The notes beneath the pieces were generated by a model. The model saw nothing but the letters and a program-made list of their open reading frames with translations. It ran no database searches and was not told the origin of the DNA. From the IMG/VR virus record IMGVR_UViG_3300025102_000033, positions 1-55,848 of that record: 55,848 nt of DNA; one strand, written 5' to 3'. The translations under genes were made by a program, and so were the position numbers. Position 1 is the stretch's first letter; the number at the start of each line of letters is the position of its first letter. This stretch comes from a virus (Duplodnaviria; Caudoviricetes). This document shows, one piece after another, positions 27,701 through 35,300 of the stretch.

Positions 27701-27786
27701 TTGATGTCGGACTGACAACCTTCCCAACTATTCAAAGAAGAGGTGTTGGTCTGAGAGATAGTGGTGCTCTTCCTAAAAGGTTATAA
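15769..27786 (+). CDS. g7: Giant baseplate wedge initiator gp7-like protein (4005 aa)
   Basis: Position between g6 and g8; QLPEFV, FYQSKGT..SFRILF, DNDYYQNLSYTIKS, LVHTSGLKNF; many beta-rich repeat modules. Confidence 0.85.
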   Translation: MIETGFESRVKVQQLIDSQLPEFVLDENPKSVEFLKQYYISQEYQGGPTDITDNLDQYLKLDNLTPEVIVDTTRTTSGITSTDTTIAVNSTKGFPNEYGLFKINNEVITYTGVTTNSFTGCQRGFSGITSYHSDLNQEELVFLDSSREDHSKDDVVHNLSSLFLKDFYKKLKFTFAPGLEDVDFVKELNAGNFIKEARSFYQSKGTDESFRILFNVLYGATPRVVNLEEYLIKPSSSNYVRREVAIAEVISGDPSKLVGQTIVKSTDSGTTAAISEIEPFTRENKQYFKLSLFVGYDDSSTIEGTFNITPSTKNIETVAIGASVITVDSTIGFAQTGMVISGINSISYTDKSINQFIGCTGVGATISAASNIRSDQIYFGFENGDPDKKVEIRLTGVLSKFIQISEELSASENDIISVKNIGDLIENPTIGEKTNKEIFANSWIYNTSSTFEVESFGVTLTLTLKSEIDKSSLKKGDSIEIIQKGGSDDGKVVYPTTTTPSSVIDISPDRKSISLDNFTFNADSSVDYSLRRKINKVSSEFTPIEFGNDVITGDVQNVYTDLDGKHAYVASNSLPSKTPGITTSFTYEITKKINSASIDSETSLGDRNSSNNFTTITFADDAPFVTGDRVFYKPDGDPLVGLIEGSYFVEILPTNKKKIKLYNSRVFVGTESYLTFSTPSSGIGKHTFTLFEHKSGEIAPQKIFKKFPLPPNNKNGVNELTEPDNSTGMLINGVEIINYKSNDVVYYGPLESISVLNGGRGYDVINLPNLVVSAGFGSTALCRPVIQGSIERIDVDVLNFDIDSVESVKITGGNGSGANLNAIVQKRVREVFFDAQLTADNGGIDNNTNQITFLTDHNFINGQEVVYDSNGNQGIGVGIGTSSLVDSAVYYAKVDNNTTIQIFESFDDYSSNTNVVGLSTLYTAGVHKFKTNDKTKTISSIDVIDGGSGYTNRKLIVKPSGISTSKDVINFIDHGFNDGDVVLYSSDGTPITGLTTSTGITTTSVQYKIIKIDDDSFRVADIGVGGTSPSNYERKNYSKLESTGVGYQNFAFPDITVSLEFTSTGLGTDTQNRSVIATPVVRGSLIDAYVYETGIGYGSSTINLERKPLITIQTGRDAQLKPIIINGSFNSVNVQFGGFEYFSAPELEVFDNSGSGSGAILRPVISSQGKITDVKVINAGIGYSAASTGIKVSPKGFGATFDTTIRKLRVNNIHKYGNEILKERNDKLQYNICGYYDDLRSTFNESQSKVSGIIGWAYDGNPIYGPFGNSDSFNTSSDPARLTSGYVENSSSVIDRPAGFSAGFFVEDYEYTNSGDLDVHNGKFVKTTDYPKGVYAYFATIDSSGDPQFPYFIGNTFRSNTLNENKTLDQKFDFKNSQLLRNTFPYRVSDPFADNDFLIETNEISRQKAVIESVTEGPIEKINIINPGTGFKVNDVLNFDSDGTGGDGIIVRVSSISGKSIDDIQTSVETYENSIFTWNGGNEIKVSILPQHNLRDKEYVTISGFSSSLSELNRNFQIGISSFYSNLSSLIKGSDASPGAATTEIYVSQIPDSVSVGSSVGIGSETLQVLNIFPNLNILRVKRGLVGTSHTATTKISYIPDSFTITKNVDYFESAVNDKIYFNPKESVGVGTTVGISSSMTFIFGDSSITREIPTKRIYIENHPFATNQPVNLTVPTGGAISISTSPTGTPFNLPISGVTTTVYIVRKTINSVGIKTGIGSEFDEVFFRNNGSDSDEYLFESIKTQIKSRVQRINSVVSISTVGLSTVAPGATYHKLLTGDTIKLNLQSKLISGIGTDASVIVKRDTISDNILINPLTIDPSGINTTTNQITILSHELKTGDKVSYAASLPASGLTTGSYYAYRVNENVIQLAETLIDAKLDPPTIVSIGNTGGGEQTISPINPRIAITKDNSAIFDLSDSTLSGYDFKIYYDNEFNNEFVSTGSTNGITIAGVGTIGVSANASLTINYNTDLTNILPTRLYYNLEKSGYISTADTEVENYSEILYIDSSYNSSYKISGVGETTFNIALNEVPERLFYKSSECSSLEYTTESLNVEGPINKINIVSGGSGYKKLPNFVGSSNTTAKDAYLIAKSGSVGNAKRVRIINQGFEYSSDRTLQPNANVPVLVSAKDSNTIGIVTVISGGRNYITPPKLVVVNTSSKQKIDNGIIEANLTGNSITEVKIIQEPKGLPSESVGIFAEENTNGISIQKISQQSDTKFICKLTTPVLGFSTSAFSVGEEVFIEGIQKVGAAGSGFNSADYGYQFFVVEEYKNSSFIGTVTQDEVTINLSSLTTNTGTAKTVQDSLGTIIKKSDYPSFAVGQKESKFFIGEKLNLNGSVADLRITGIDGDNIKITGDAFGLSPNDVLTGQTSGNIASIENIVRNEGRFEVDFSSRQNIGWDDNIGKLSLDDQVIPDNDYYQNLSYTIKSPIEWRELKTPVNSLVHTSGLKNFADVGIVSTANIGVGNSDNLVIARDLIEELRVDTINNFDNVLDIDVVGSQSKFLKLESKKLTDFTLSKSNVVLKIDDISGLFSNDDNVTNNEFVDIFKFVASDSYDDVLVRITNSENSEVQLTELTIISNNSGDNFLLEKGEIANIGSSPTSVIDENYGTFSVTDSNFLRFTPKDTNDTDYDIKYLKNTFGSSTSGVGTTSIGFIDLTNVAGVVTSGGSGITSSIIGVATDKFTSLHVNTQIIQSNTDELNFVELYITHDGENTFLAESFFDTDENSSSFNFIGSFGANISSGVLNLNYTNDTANDVQLKSRIVGFGTTSVGTGIHRFITPSQPEGAERSAVIRSAYETTVSAAATTVISFDRNLFNSVKSVVEVSMGSTKAVHNVLALQDNSFDTYVQQSSFLSAGGIGVTDGRSGMGTFGVEYSGENFILKFYPDAAMTSNLQVSSLNEILYTEIDAFNTAPELQYGDNIQSLEIKLYNAKNGNRINKTDFVAKNEGTPIFAKSFNPTNSTQLDLSTGKFTIQNHFFRTGEELSYTPKSTFVGVGSTAMTYGSGTPLPSIVYAIRDNDDEFKLATTRANAEAGVNVSFGSSGEGNAHELAMLLGNEKTIITLDGIGQYPLKFTPIAHTLSGNAGGQIGTASTIFALSGISTIIPTDLLKINDEFMKIQNIGFGTTAVGPITGIGQSTLVQVERGAVGSISTSHADGSEVRIFKGSYNIVGSKIHFVNSPRGSSSIERDDRNLEPETSDFTGRVFLRNNYDTNQIYDDISDQFTGIGATFTLTVGGANTTGIGSTGGNGVLFINGIFQTPSTSNNPFNNFKFDDESTAGITSVIFSGITSADGSRQISDIDINQNQLPRGGVIVSLGSSGGLGYAPLVGAAVSAVVGAGGSIAGFTTALTGGTFGSGYNGLVSIGVSVHEDGHTGAAAVVSATALVGAGGSLSLTVVGNGGSGYSNPQIMVSEPTYEGLEIEGVSRLGLGNTTLSGTGLLLDIGVGAATTTGIGSDTFEVNSFSIARNGYGFREGDVIRPVGLVTHSTLSSTTSELLLTVERVFNDSFACWQFGEFDFIDSIANFQDGKRTRFPLFYNEELLSFEKQEGSRVNLSNALLIVINGIIQDPGVAYLFEGGTSFSFTDPPQIEDRVDIFFYRGTRNDDDQLVTSINQTIKRGDSVRVYKNNAIDGTITQNSRTVFDLAFSDKFETNLYSGVGIDQNNFKPMSWTKQKVDTVINGEIVQKDRDSIEALVFPTAKIINTIETTDSEIFVEDADLFDYNSETELSGLIVSGSLDPISAAATAVVSTAGTISSYIVSGGSGYTAVPTVSVLAPPEIGVGVGTTATATATISNGAVTAITVNNPGLGYTIAPNVIISLPNPIVETVTSIDVIQGFSGIVTGISTVNAQGIGTLAIQFNLHRFDATNYTDLNIGYPIYIFDTQVGNGVTSVANNDLSIVGVGTTFVDNIYFIQELSSVGAAGSIVCYVDSGTSIVGVATTSNSDNPVGKFSWGRLAGISRATSPVSIAVTGNVVDVGLTTFPTIQRRGVGLRDSGALPKRL

Positions 27787-27803
27787 TAAAATCTTCCAAC
27801 CCT

Positions 27804-27811
27804 TATAAATA
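27804..27811 (+). promoter_or_regulatory. T4-type late promoter
   Basis: TATAAATA upstream of g8. Confidence 0.8.
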
Positions 27812-27828
27812 TCTAAAAAACTATTAAT

Positions 27829-29376
27829 ATGGCTGCGGTAGTAACAGATCAATTTAGAATATCCAATGCAAATAATTTTGTAGACTCGGTGTCCAATACG
27901 AGTAACTCTTATTATGTTTTTCTGGGATTACCAAATCCTTCCAATCCAGTTTCTGGTTTTGGTAGAACTACTTCGGACAACGAATGGAGCACTAATACTC
28001 CAGTTCCTATAGATAATTTACAATTTAACTCCCATTTTAGGGATACTGCTCTATTTGGAAAAAAAGTAACAACTTCCAATGTTAGAAGATTAATAAGAAA
28101 AGTTTCTTGGTCTAGTAATACACGTTATGATATGTATAGGCATGACTATAGTATCATAAATCCTGCTCCAAACTCAAATTTAAGTAGATTATATGATTCA
28201 AATTATTATGTAATAAATAGCGATTTTAGAGTTTATATTTGTATTGATAATGGTTCATCAGGAACAAATTTAACTGGAAATGTATCTAAGGATGAACCAA
28301 CTTTTACAGACCTAGAACCAACGGCAGCTGGAACTAGTGGAGATGGATATGTTTGGAAATATCTATTTTCAGTTGCTCCGAGTGACATTATAAAATTTGA
28401 TTCAACTGAATATGTTGTTGTTCCAAATGATTGGGCGACTTCAACTGACAGTCAAATTTTAAGTGTTAGAGAAGCTGGAGATTCTGATATAAATTTAAAT
28501 CAAATTAAAAAAGTATATATTGATAATGGCGGATCTAATTATAGTTCGGGGGTAGTAAATATTAATGGGGATGGAACTGGTGCTAAAGTATCAATTGAAG
28601 TGGATTCTGCGGGAACAATAACTTCTGCTGTTATGACTGCTGGTGGAAGTGGATATACTTATGGCATTGTTGATCTTGGTTCACTTCAACCATCAGGAAC
28701 TTTGTCAGACCCAGCAAAATTAATTCCCATTATTCCACCATCTAAAGGTCATGGGTATGACATTTATACCGAATTAGGAACTGATAAGGTATTGGTTTAT
28801 GCTAGATTTGATGATTCCACAAGAGATTTTCCAGTTGATACGAGATTTACTCAAGTAGGCATTATAAAAAATCCACAACAATTTTCGTCCACGTCAATTT
28901 ATACTGCCAGTGATTATTCATCTTTATTCTCATTGAAACTCAATTCAGTCACCTCCACTCCGGTTGTTGGTGCTGCAATTTCACAATCAGTTTCTGGAGG
29001 TGCTGCCAAGGGATATGTTGCATCATATGATTCCGAAACTAGAGTTTTAAAATATTTCCAAGATAGATCTTTATATTTTGGAAATACTAAAGATGAAACT
29101 GACAGCAGTGATGTTAGTTCCTCAAGTAAGTTGCTTTCTTTTGAATCATCATCAGCAAATATTTCTCCATTTACTGGATCTATTGACACAGGATTCTCTG
29201 GAATTAAAACCACAGTAAATACCAAAGAAATTGATTTGGGAGTAACTTTTACAGATGGACTTGCAAATCCAGAGATAAATAAAAAGACAGGGGAAATTAT
29301 TTACATTGATAATAGACCTCTCATACAGAGAGACTCTCGCCAAAAAGAAGACGTTAAAATCATTCTGGAATTCTAA
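27829..29376 (+). CDS. g8: Baseplate wedge subunit gp8
   Basis: AVVTDQFRI.NA, YDMYRHDY, VYICIDN, DGYVWKYLF, GEIIYIDNR...QKEDVKIILEF. Confidence 0.95.
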   Translation: MAAVVTDQFRISNANNFVDSVSNTSNSYYVFLGLPNPSNPVSGFGRTTSDNEWSTNTPVPIDNLQFNSHFRDTALFGKKVTTSNVRRLIRKVSWSSNTRYDMYRHDYSIINPAPNSNLSRLYDSNYYVINSDFRVYICIDNGSSGTNLTGNVSKDEPTFTDLEPTAAGTSGDGYVWKYLFSVAPSDIIKFDSTEYVVVPNDWATSTDSQILSVREAGDSDINLNQIKKVYIDNGGSNYSSGVVNINGDGTGAKVSIEVDSAGTITSAVMTAGGSGYTYGIVDLGSLQPSGTLSDPAKLIPIIPPSKGHGYDIYTELGTDKVLVYARFDDSTRDFPVDTRFTQVGIIKNPQQFSSTSIYTASDYSSLFSLKLNSVTSTPVVGAAISQSVSGGAAKGYVASYDSETRVLKYFQDRSLYFGNTKDETDSSDVSSSSKLLSFESSSANISPFTGSIDTGFSGIKTTVNTKEIDLGVTFTDGLANPEINKKTGEIIYIDNRPLIQRDSRQKEDVKIILEF

Positions 29377-29381
29377 AGAAA

Positions 29382-32300
29382 ATGTCACAAAAAACAAATT
29401 TAAATATTAATCCATATTATGATGATTATAATTCTGAAAAGAATTTTTATAAAGTTTTATTTAAACCAGGATTTCCAGTTCAAGCGAGAGAACTGACAAC
29501 GTTACAGTCCCTCTTACAGGGGCAGGTAGAGTCTTTTGGTAGTCACATTTTTAAGGAAGGATCCGTAGTAGTTCCTGGAAATATTTCTTATGATAGTCAA
29601 TTCTACTCTGTAAAATTAAACGCAACCAATTCAGGAATAGATGTTGCATTATATATTGAGAACTTTGTAAATAAAAAAATAGTAGGATCTGCATCAGGAA
29701 CTACCGCTAAAATTCAACGTGTTGAATTTGCTGACGACAATAATTTTGAATTTTTAACTATCTACGTCAAATATCTAGATTCTGATAATGATTTTGAATT
29801 TACACCATTTGAAGATGGAGAATCTTTATCTTGTGTAGACAACGTAACCTATGGTAATACTACGATTCCTGCAGGTGCAGAATTTGCATCTTTGATTGCG
29901 TCTGATGCAACTGCTATTGGTTCTGCAGCTTCTATTGGGAAGGGAATTTATTTTATTAGAGGTTATTTTGTTAATGTTTCAAAACAAACTATACTTTTAG
30001 ATAATTATACTAATACTCCATCATATAGAGTTGGTTTAAAAATTGATGAGTTAATTGTTGGGTCCAAAGACGATGAGTCTTTATTTGACAATGCAAAGGG
30101 ATTTACAAATTTTGCTGCACCTGGTGCTGATAGATTTAAAATAAATTTAACTCTTACTAAAAAATTAATATCTGATACTAATGATACCGACTTTGTTGAA
30201 CTTTTAAGACTGAAAAATGGTAAAATTCAAAAAATTACCACAAAAACGCAATATAATCAAATTCGCGATTATATGGCAGAAAGAACGTATGATGAGTCTG
30301 GTGATTATGCTGTAGAACCATTTGATCCATCAGTTCATAACTCATTAAATAATAGACTGGGCAATAATGGTCTTTTCTTCTCTAATGAATTAACAGAGGA
30401 AAGAAATGTGCCATCTGAAGATTTGATGTGCTTTAAAATATCACCCGGAAAAGCGTATGTAAGAGGATATGATGTAGAAAAAGTTTCGACCACAATAATT
30501 GATGTAGAAAAACCAAGAGATACTCAAAAAGAATCTAATGTAACTATTCCATTTGAAATGGGTAATTTACTCAGAGTAAATAATGTTACTGGTGTTCCAC
30601 AAAATAAAGCAACAATTCAATTATTGAATAGAAAAAAAGGTGATACTGAGTCGGTGATAGGGGACGCAAGAGTATATACATTTAATCTTACTGATGCTGC
30701 ATATTCTGGAGCAGCAACAAAGTATGATTTGAGATTATATGATGTCCAAACATATACTAAAATAACTTTAAATCAGAGCGTAGATGCCACTGACATGCCT
30801 GATGGATCTTACATTAAAGGAAAGAGTAGTGGTGCTAGTGGATATCTTGTTGATGCTGGTGGTGGATCAGCAGTTATTAACTTAAGACAAACGTCTGGTT
30901 CTTTTGCCAAAGGTGAGCAAATAACTGTCAATGGAGTTGATTTTTCAAGAACAATTGTTAATTTTGTAGAATATGGAACTCAAAATATTAAATCAGTAAG
31001 ACAAGCAGCAGGTGGTGGTTTTCCGCAGTTTACAGCAGACTCAGTTCTTGAAAAATTTAGAATGCCTAATGGCATAGATCAAATATCAATTCCATTACTT
31101 GGAAACTTAGGTACTAGTGGCGTTGCAACAGTGACTGCTACAGGAAAAGTTTTTAGTGGAATAAGAACTGATACGATAATTTCATATCAAAGACCAGGAT
31201 TTAGCACAGAAACATTTAACAGAGTTTCATCAGTTGCTGCAGATGGACTATCAATAGAATTAAGTCCAATTAACGTTGGTGCTGCTGTCACTAATGTATA
31301 TGATGGGAAATTGGCTACAGGATCTGGAAATTTATTAGTCACACCATTCCCTCGTGGACCAATTATCGATGCAGAAAACGGATATTTATTTGCACAACTG
31401 CCCGACATTAATATTTCTTCTGTAGATTTACTTAATTCAACATTTACAGTTGTTGAACAAATCACGGAGGGGGAAACGAGTGGTGCAGGAGAACTAACTT
31501 TTAACCTTTCAAGTATTTCTGGAATTACTAGTGCATCGTTTGCAACTTTTGATCAGGAAAGATATGGAGTTCACTACTCGACTGGTATAGCAGGAACAAT
31601 TACAGATGATGCTTTTGATCTTACGAATAATATTGTAACTATTAGAGGTTTAAGGCCAAGTCAAAATAATGTTGTCATAAATACAACTCTTACAAAATTT
31701 GGTGTTCAAAGTAAAATTAAAAAATACAATAGAAGTCAAACTTTAAATATAACAAGATCAAAATATTCGGATTCTGGGGTTGGAATTAACACTTCTAATA
31801 ATGATGGACTTAATTTTAACACTCAATATGGATTGAGAGTTCAAGATGAAGAAATTTCTTTGAATTATCCAGACGTTGCAAAGGTCATAGTAATCTATGA
31901 ATCTTTGGGAACAGGAAATCCGACTTTAGATAGATTTCAATTTACTTCAACTGCAAGTGTTCAAACAAATGCAATAATTGGAGAAAATGTAGTAGGGAAT
32001 TCTAGCAATGCAATTGCAAGAGTTGTTTCATCACCTTCAGCAAATAATTTAGAATTAGTATATTTGACTAATGATGTTTTTAGTGTTGGGGAAACAGTAA
32101 CTTTCCAAGAATCAAATATAGTTACGGAAATAGAATCCATTACATTGGGAAGTTATAAGGATGTAACTGAATTATTTAAGTTGGATAAGGGACAAAAGGA
32201 TGAATACTATGATTATTCTAGAATTGTTAGAAATAAAAATGTTTCAGAACCAACTCGTAGATTATTAGTTGTTTTTGATTATTATTCTGTTCCATCTGAT

Positions 32301-35300
32301 GATAATGGAGATGCATTTACTGTATTAAGTTATGATGAAGAGAGATTTGCACAGGACATACCAAATATTGGTCGTTATAAAATAAGAGCATCAGATACAC
32401 TTGATTTCCGTCCAAGAGTATCTGTATTTGATCCGACCACTGCAACAGTTTCTCCATTCGATTTTTCTTCTAGAAGTTTCGATTCTGTTCCAAAACTTTT
32501 AATGGCACCTGGAGAAGGATCTATTTTAGGATACGAATATTATCTTCCCAGAATTGATAAATTATACCTTGACAAATATGGAAATTTTATTGTCGAAAAG
32601 GGAATATCTGCAAAATATCCTAAAGCACCCACTAAAAATGATGCATTATTGGAAATTGCTACCATTAATCTTCCACCTTTCTTATACACTCCACAAAACG
32701 CATCTATAACTCTAATTGACAATAGAAGATTTACCATGAGAGACATTGGTAATATTGAAGATAGAGTTGAAAATTTGGAGAGAGTAACTTCACTATCATT
32801 ATTAGAGTTAAACACTCAAACGTTGCAAATTAGAGATGCAGACGGAAGAAATAGATTTAAGAGTGGATTTTTTGTTGATGATTTCAAAAATTATTCACTA
32901 ATTGATAGACCATTATCATCAATACAAATCAATCCAACAGCAGAAGAATTAATACCAATTATTAGTAGAAATTCACTTAAATCACAGATTGCACTGACGG
33001 AAAATATTATCCCCCAGAGTTTAGATTTTACTGATAATGCTGATCTATTGGATCCCAATATTCAAAAGACAGGAGATTCCATAACTCTAGCATATGATGA
33101 GATAGATTGGATCGAACAACCAATAGCAACTACAACAGAAAATGTTAATCCATTTAACGTTGTTGTATATACTGGAAATATTGAATTAAATCCAGCAGTT
33201 GACACTTGGGTTAGAACCATCCAACTTCCGGATAGAAGTATTAGAACTTCCACTAATAGATCTAGAACTCTCACACAAAATCTAACTAGTTCGATAAATT
33301 TAAATCTTGGCACGGCACAAATTCAAGGTCAAACTACTAATGTAAGAGTAGGTAGACAAGATGGTGGAGTTTTAACAAGAACTTCCACAAGAACTACCAC
33401 AAGAAATAGAAATCTTAGTGCGAGTAGTTCAAGTTTTGATTCTAGTACAACTGTTGATACTATTAGTTTTGATGACATTAGTATTAGAAATGAACATATT
33501 TCATCTTCGGATGAAACATTCATGAGATCTAGAAACACCGAATTTTTAATATCTAATCTCAAACCATCTACAAGATTCTATCAATTCTTAGATGGAAATA
33601 GTAGTGTTGATTTTATTCCCAAATTAATTGAAATTTCCAACAGTCAATCTTTGGCAAATTATGGCACTGCTAATGGTTCTTTCCAAGTTGGAGAGACAGT
33701 CGTAGGAACTTTAGGTTCAGCTTCAATTAATTTTAGAGTTGCTACTCCAAATCACAAATTTGGAATATTTAATGATCCATCATCAATATACAATGTAAAT
33801 CCTTACATAATTTCCGAATCAATACCATCTTCTTACAGTCAATCATCTAAAGTTCTTAATGTTGACACTACTTCATTATCTGAAGAGGCACAGGGATTAT
33901 ATTCTGGATATCTTGTCAAGGGAATGAAATTGGTTGGGCAAACTAGTGGTGCAATTGCTTATGTTAAAGATTTAAGATTGATATCGGATAATTATGGAGA
34001 TTTGAATGGTTCTTTCTTCATAAGAAATCCAAACGCATCTCCAGTTCCCCCAGTTAGACTTCAAACTGGAACAAAAACATTTAAGATTACTTCTAGTGCC
34101 ACAAATGATCCAGGTCTTCCTGGAAGCAATACAGTTTCTTTTGCAGAAGCAAATTATAGTTCTACAGGTTCTTTAGAGCAGTGGCAAAATGAAGTCACTA
34201 CTCGCACTGACAACCTTACAACCACATCTACAATAAACCTCAGAACTCAAGCAGCTGCATCTCTGACAATTTCGCAAGTTGATACAGAAGTTAGAGAAGA
34301 ATATGGTGATCCATTAGCTCAAACGTTTGTTGTTGGAGGGAATGTAGAAGCACCTTCAGACATTGACACCAGTGATGATATTAATGGTGCTTTCTTAACT
34401 GCTGTTGATTTATTCTTTGCAAAAATAGATGAAGGAAATGCTCCAGTAAAAGTTCAAATTAGAACAACTGAGTTGGGTTTCCCAACAAGAACAATTTTAG
34501 GAAAAACTGTCACTATAAGACCAACAACCGTTGATTCTAATGGTAATATCATAAAGAATATTGAAGTATCAGACACTGGAGATGTTGCAACAAAAATTAC
34601 TTTCCCAGAACCTATTTTCTTACCGCCAGGTAAAGAATATGCGGTGGTAATTTTAGCAGAAACTAGTGATGAGTATGAAGTTTGGACCGCTACTATGGGA
34701 GAAACTTCTGTAGCATCAGATAATCTTCCTCCAAATTCAAATGCACAAAGTGCTGTCTATTCTAGACAATTTGCCCTTGGAAGTCTGTTCAAATCTCAAA
34801 ATGGATCTATTTGGACTCCAAACCAATATCAAGATCTTAAATTTAAACTTTATAAGGCAGAATTTACTTCAAATACTGGAACAGCATTTTTCTACAATCC
34901 TGTGCTGGATAAGAGTAATGATTATGTTTCCAAATTGTCTATTGATCCGTTAAGAACTTTACCAAAAACTGGAACAATTGGTATTACCACCATTAGTGGA
35001 TCTTCTGCCAATATTGGAATATTGACTACAGGGAGAAAACTTGCGGGTGCTAATAATACTAACGGATCTGCAATTATTGTTGGTAGGGGAAGTTCTATTA
35101 CAACCTTAAGCGCAACTGAGGGTGGAACTGGATATGTTGTAGATAGTTCGGTGGAAACCTTTAATGTTGTTGGTTCCGGTTCCGGATTAAAATTGAACAT
35201 TAGCAGTATTAATGCCAATACTGGGGCAATTACGGGTATTGCTGCCGCATCTGCCGCAGAAGATCGTGGCAATGGATATAAAGTCGGTGACGTAGTTGGT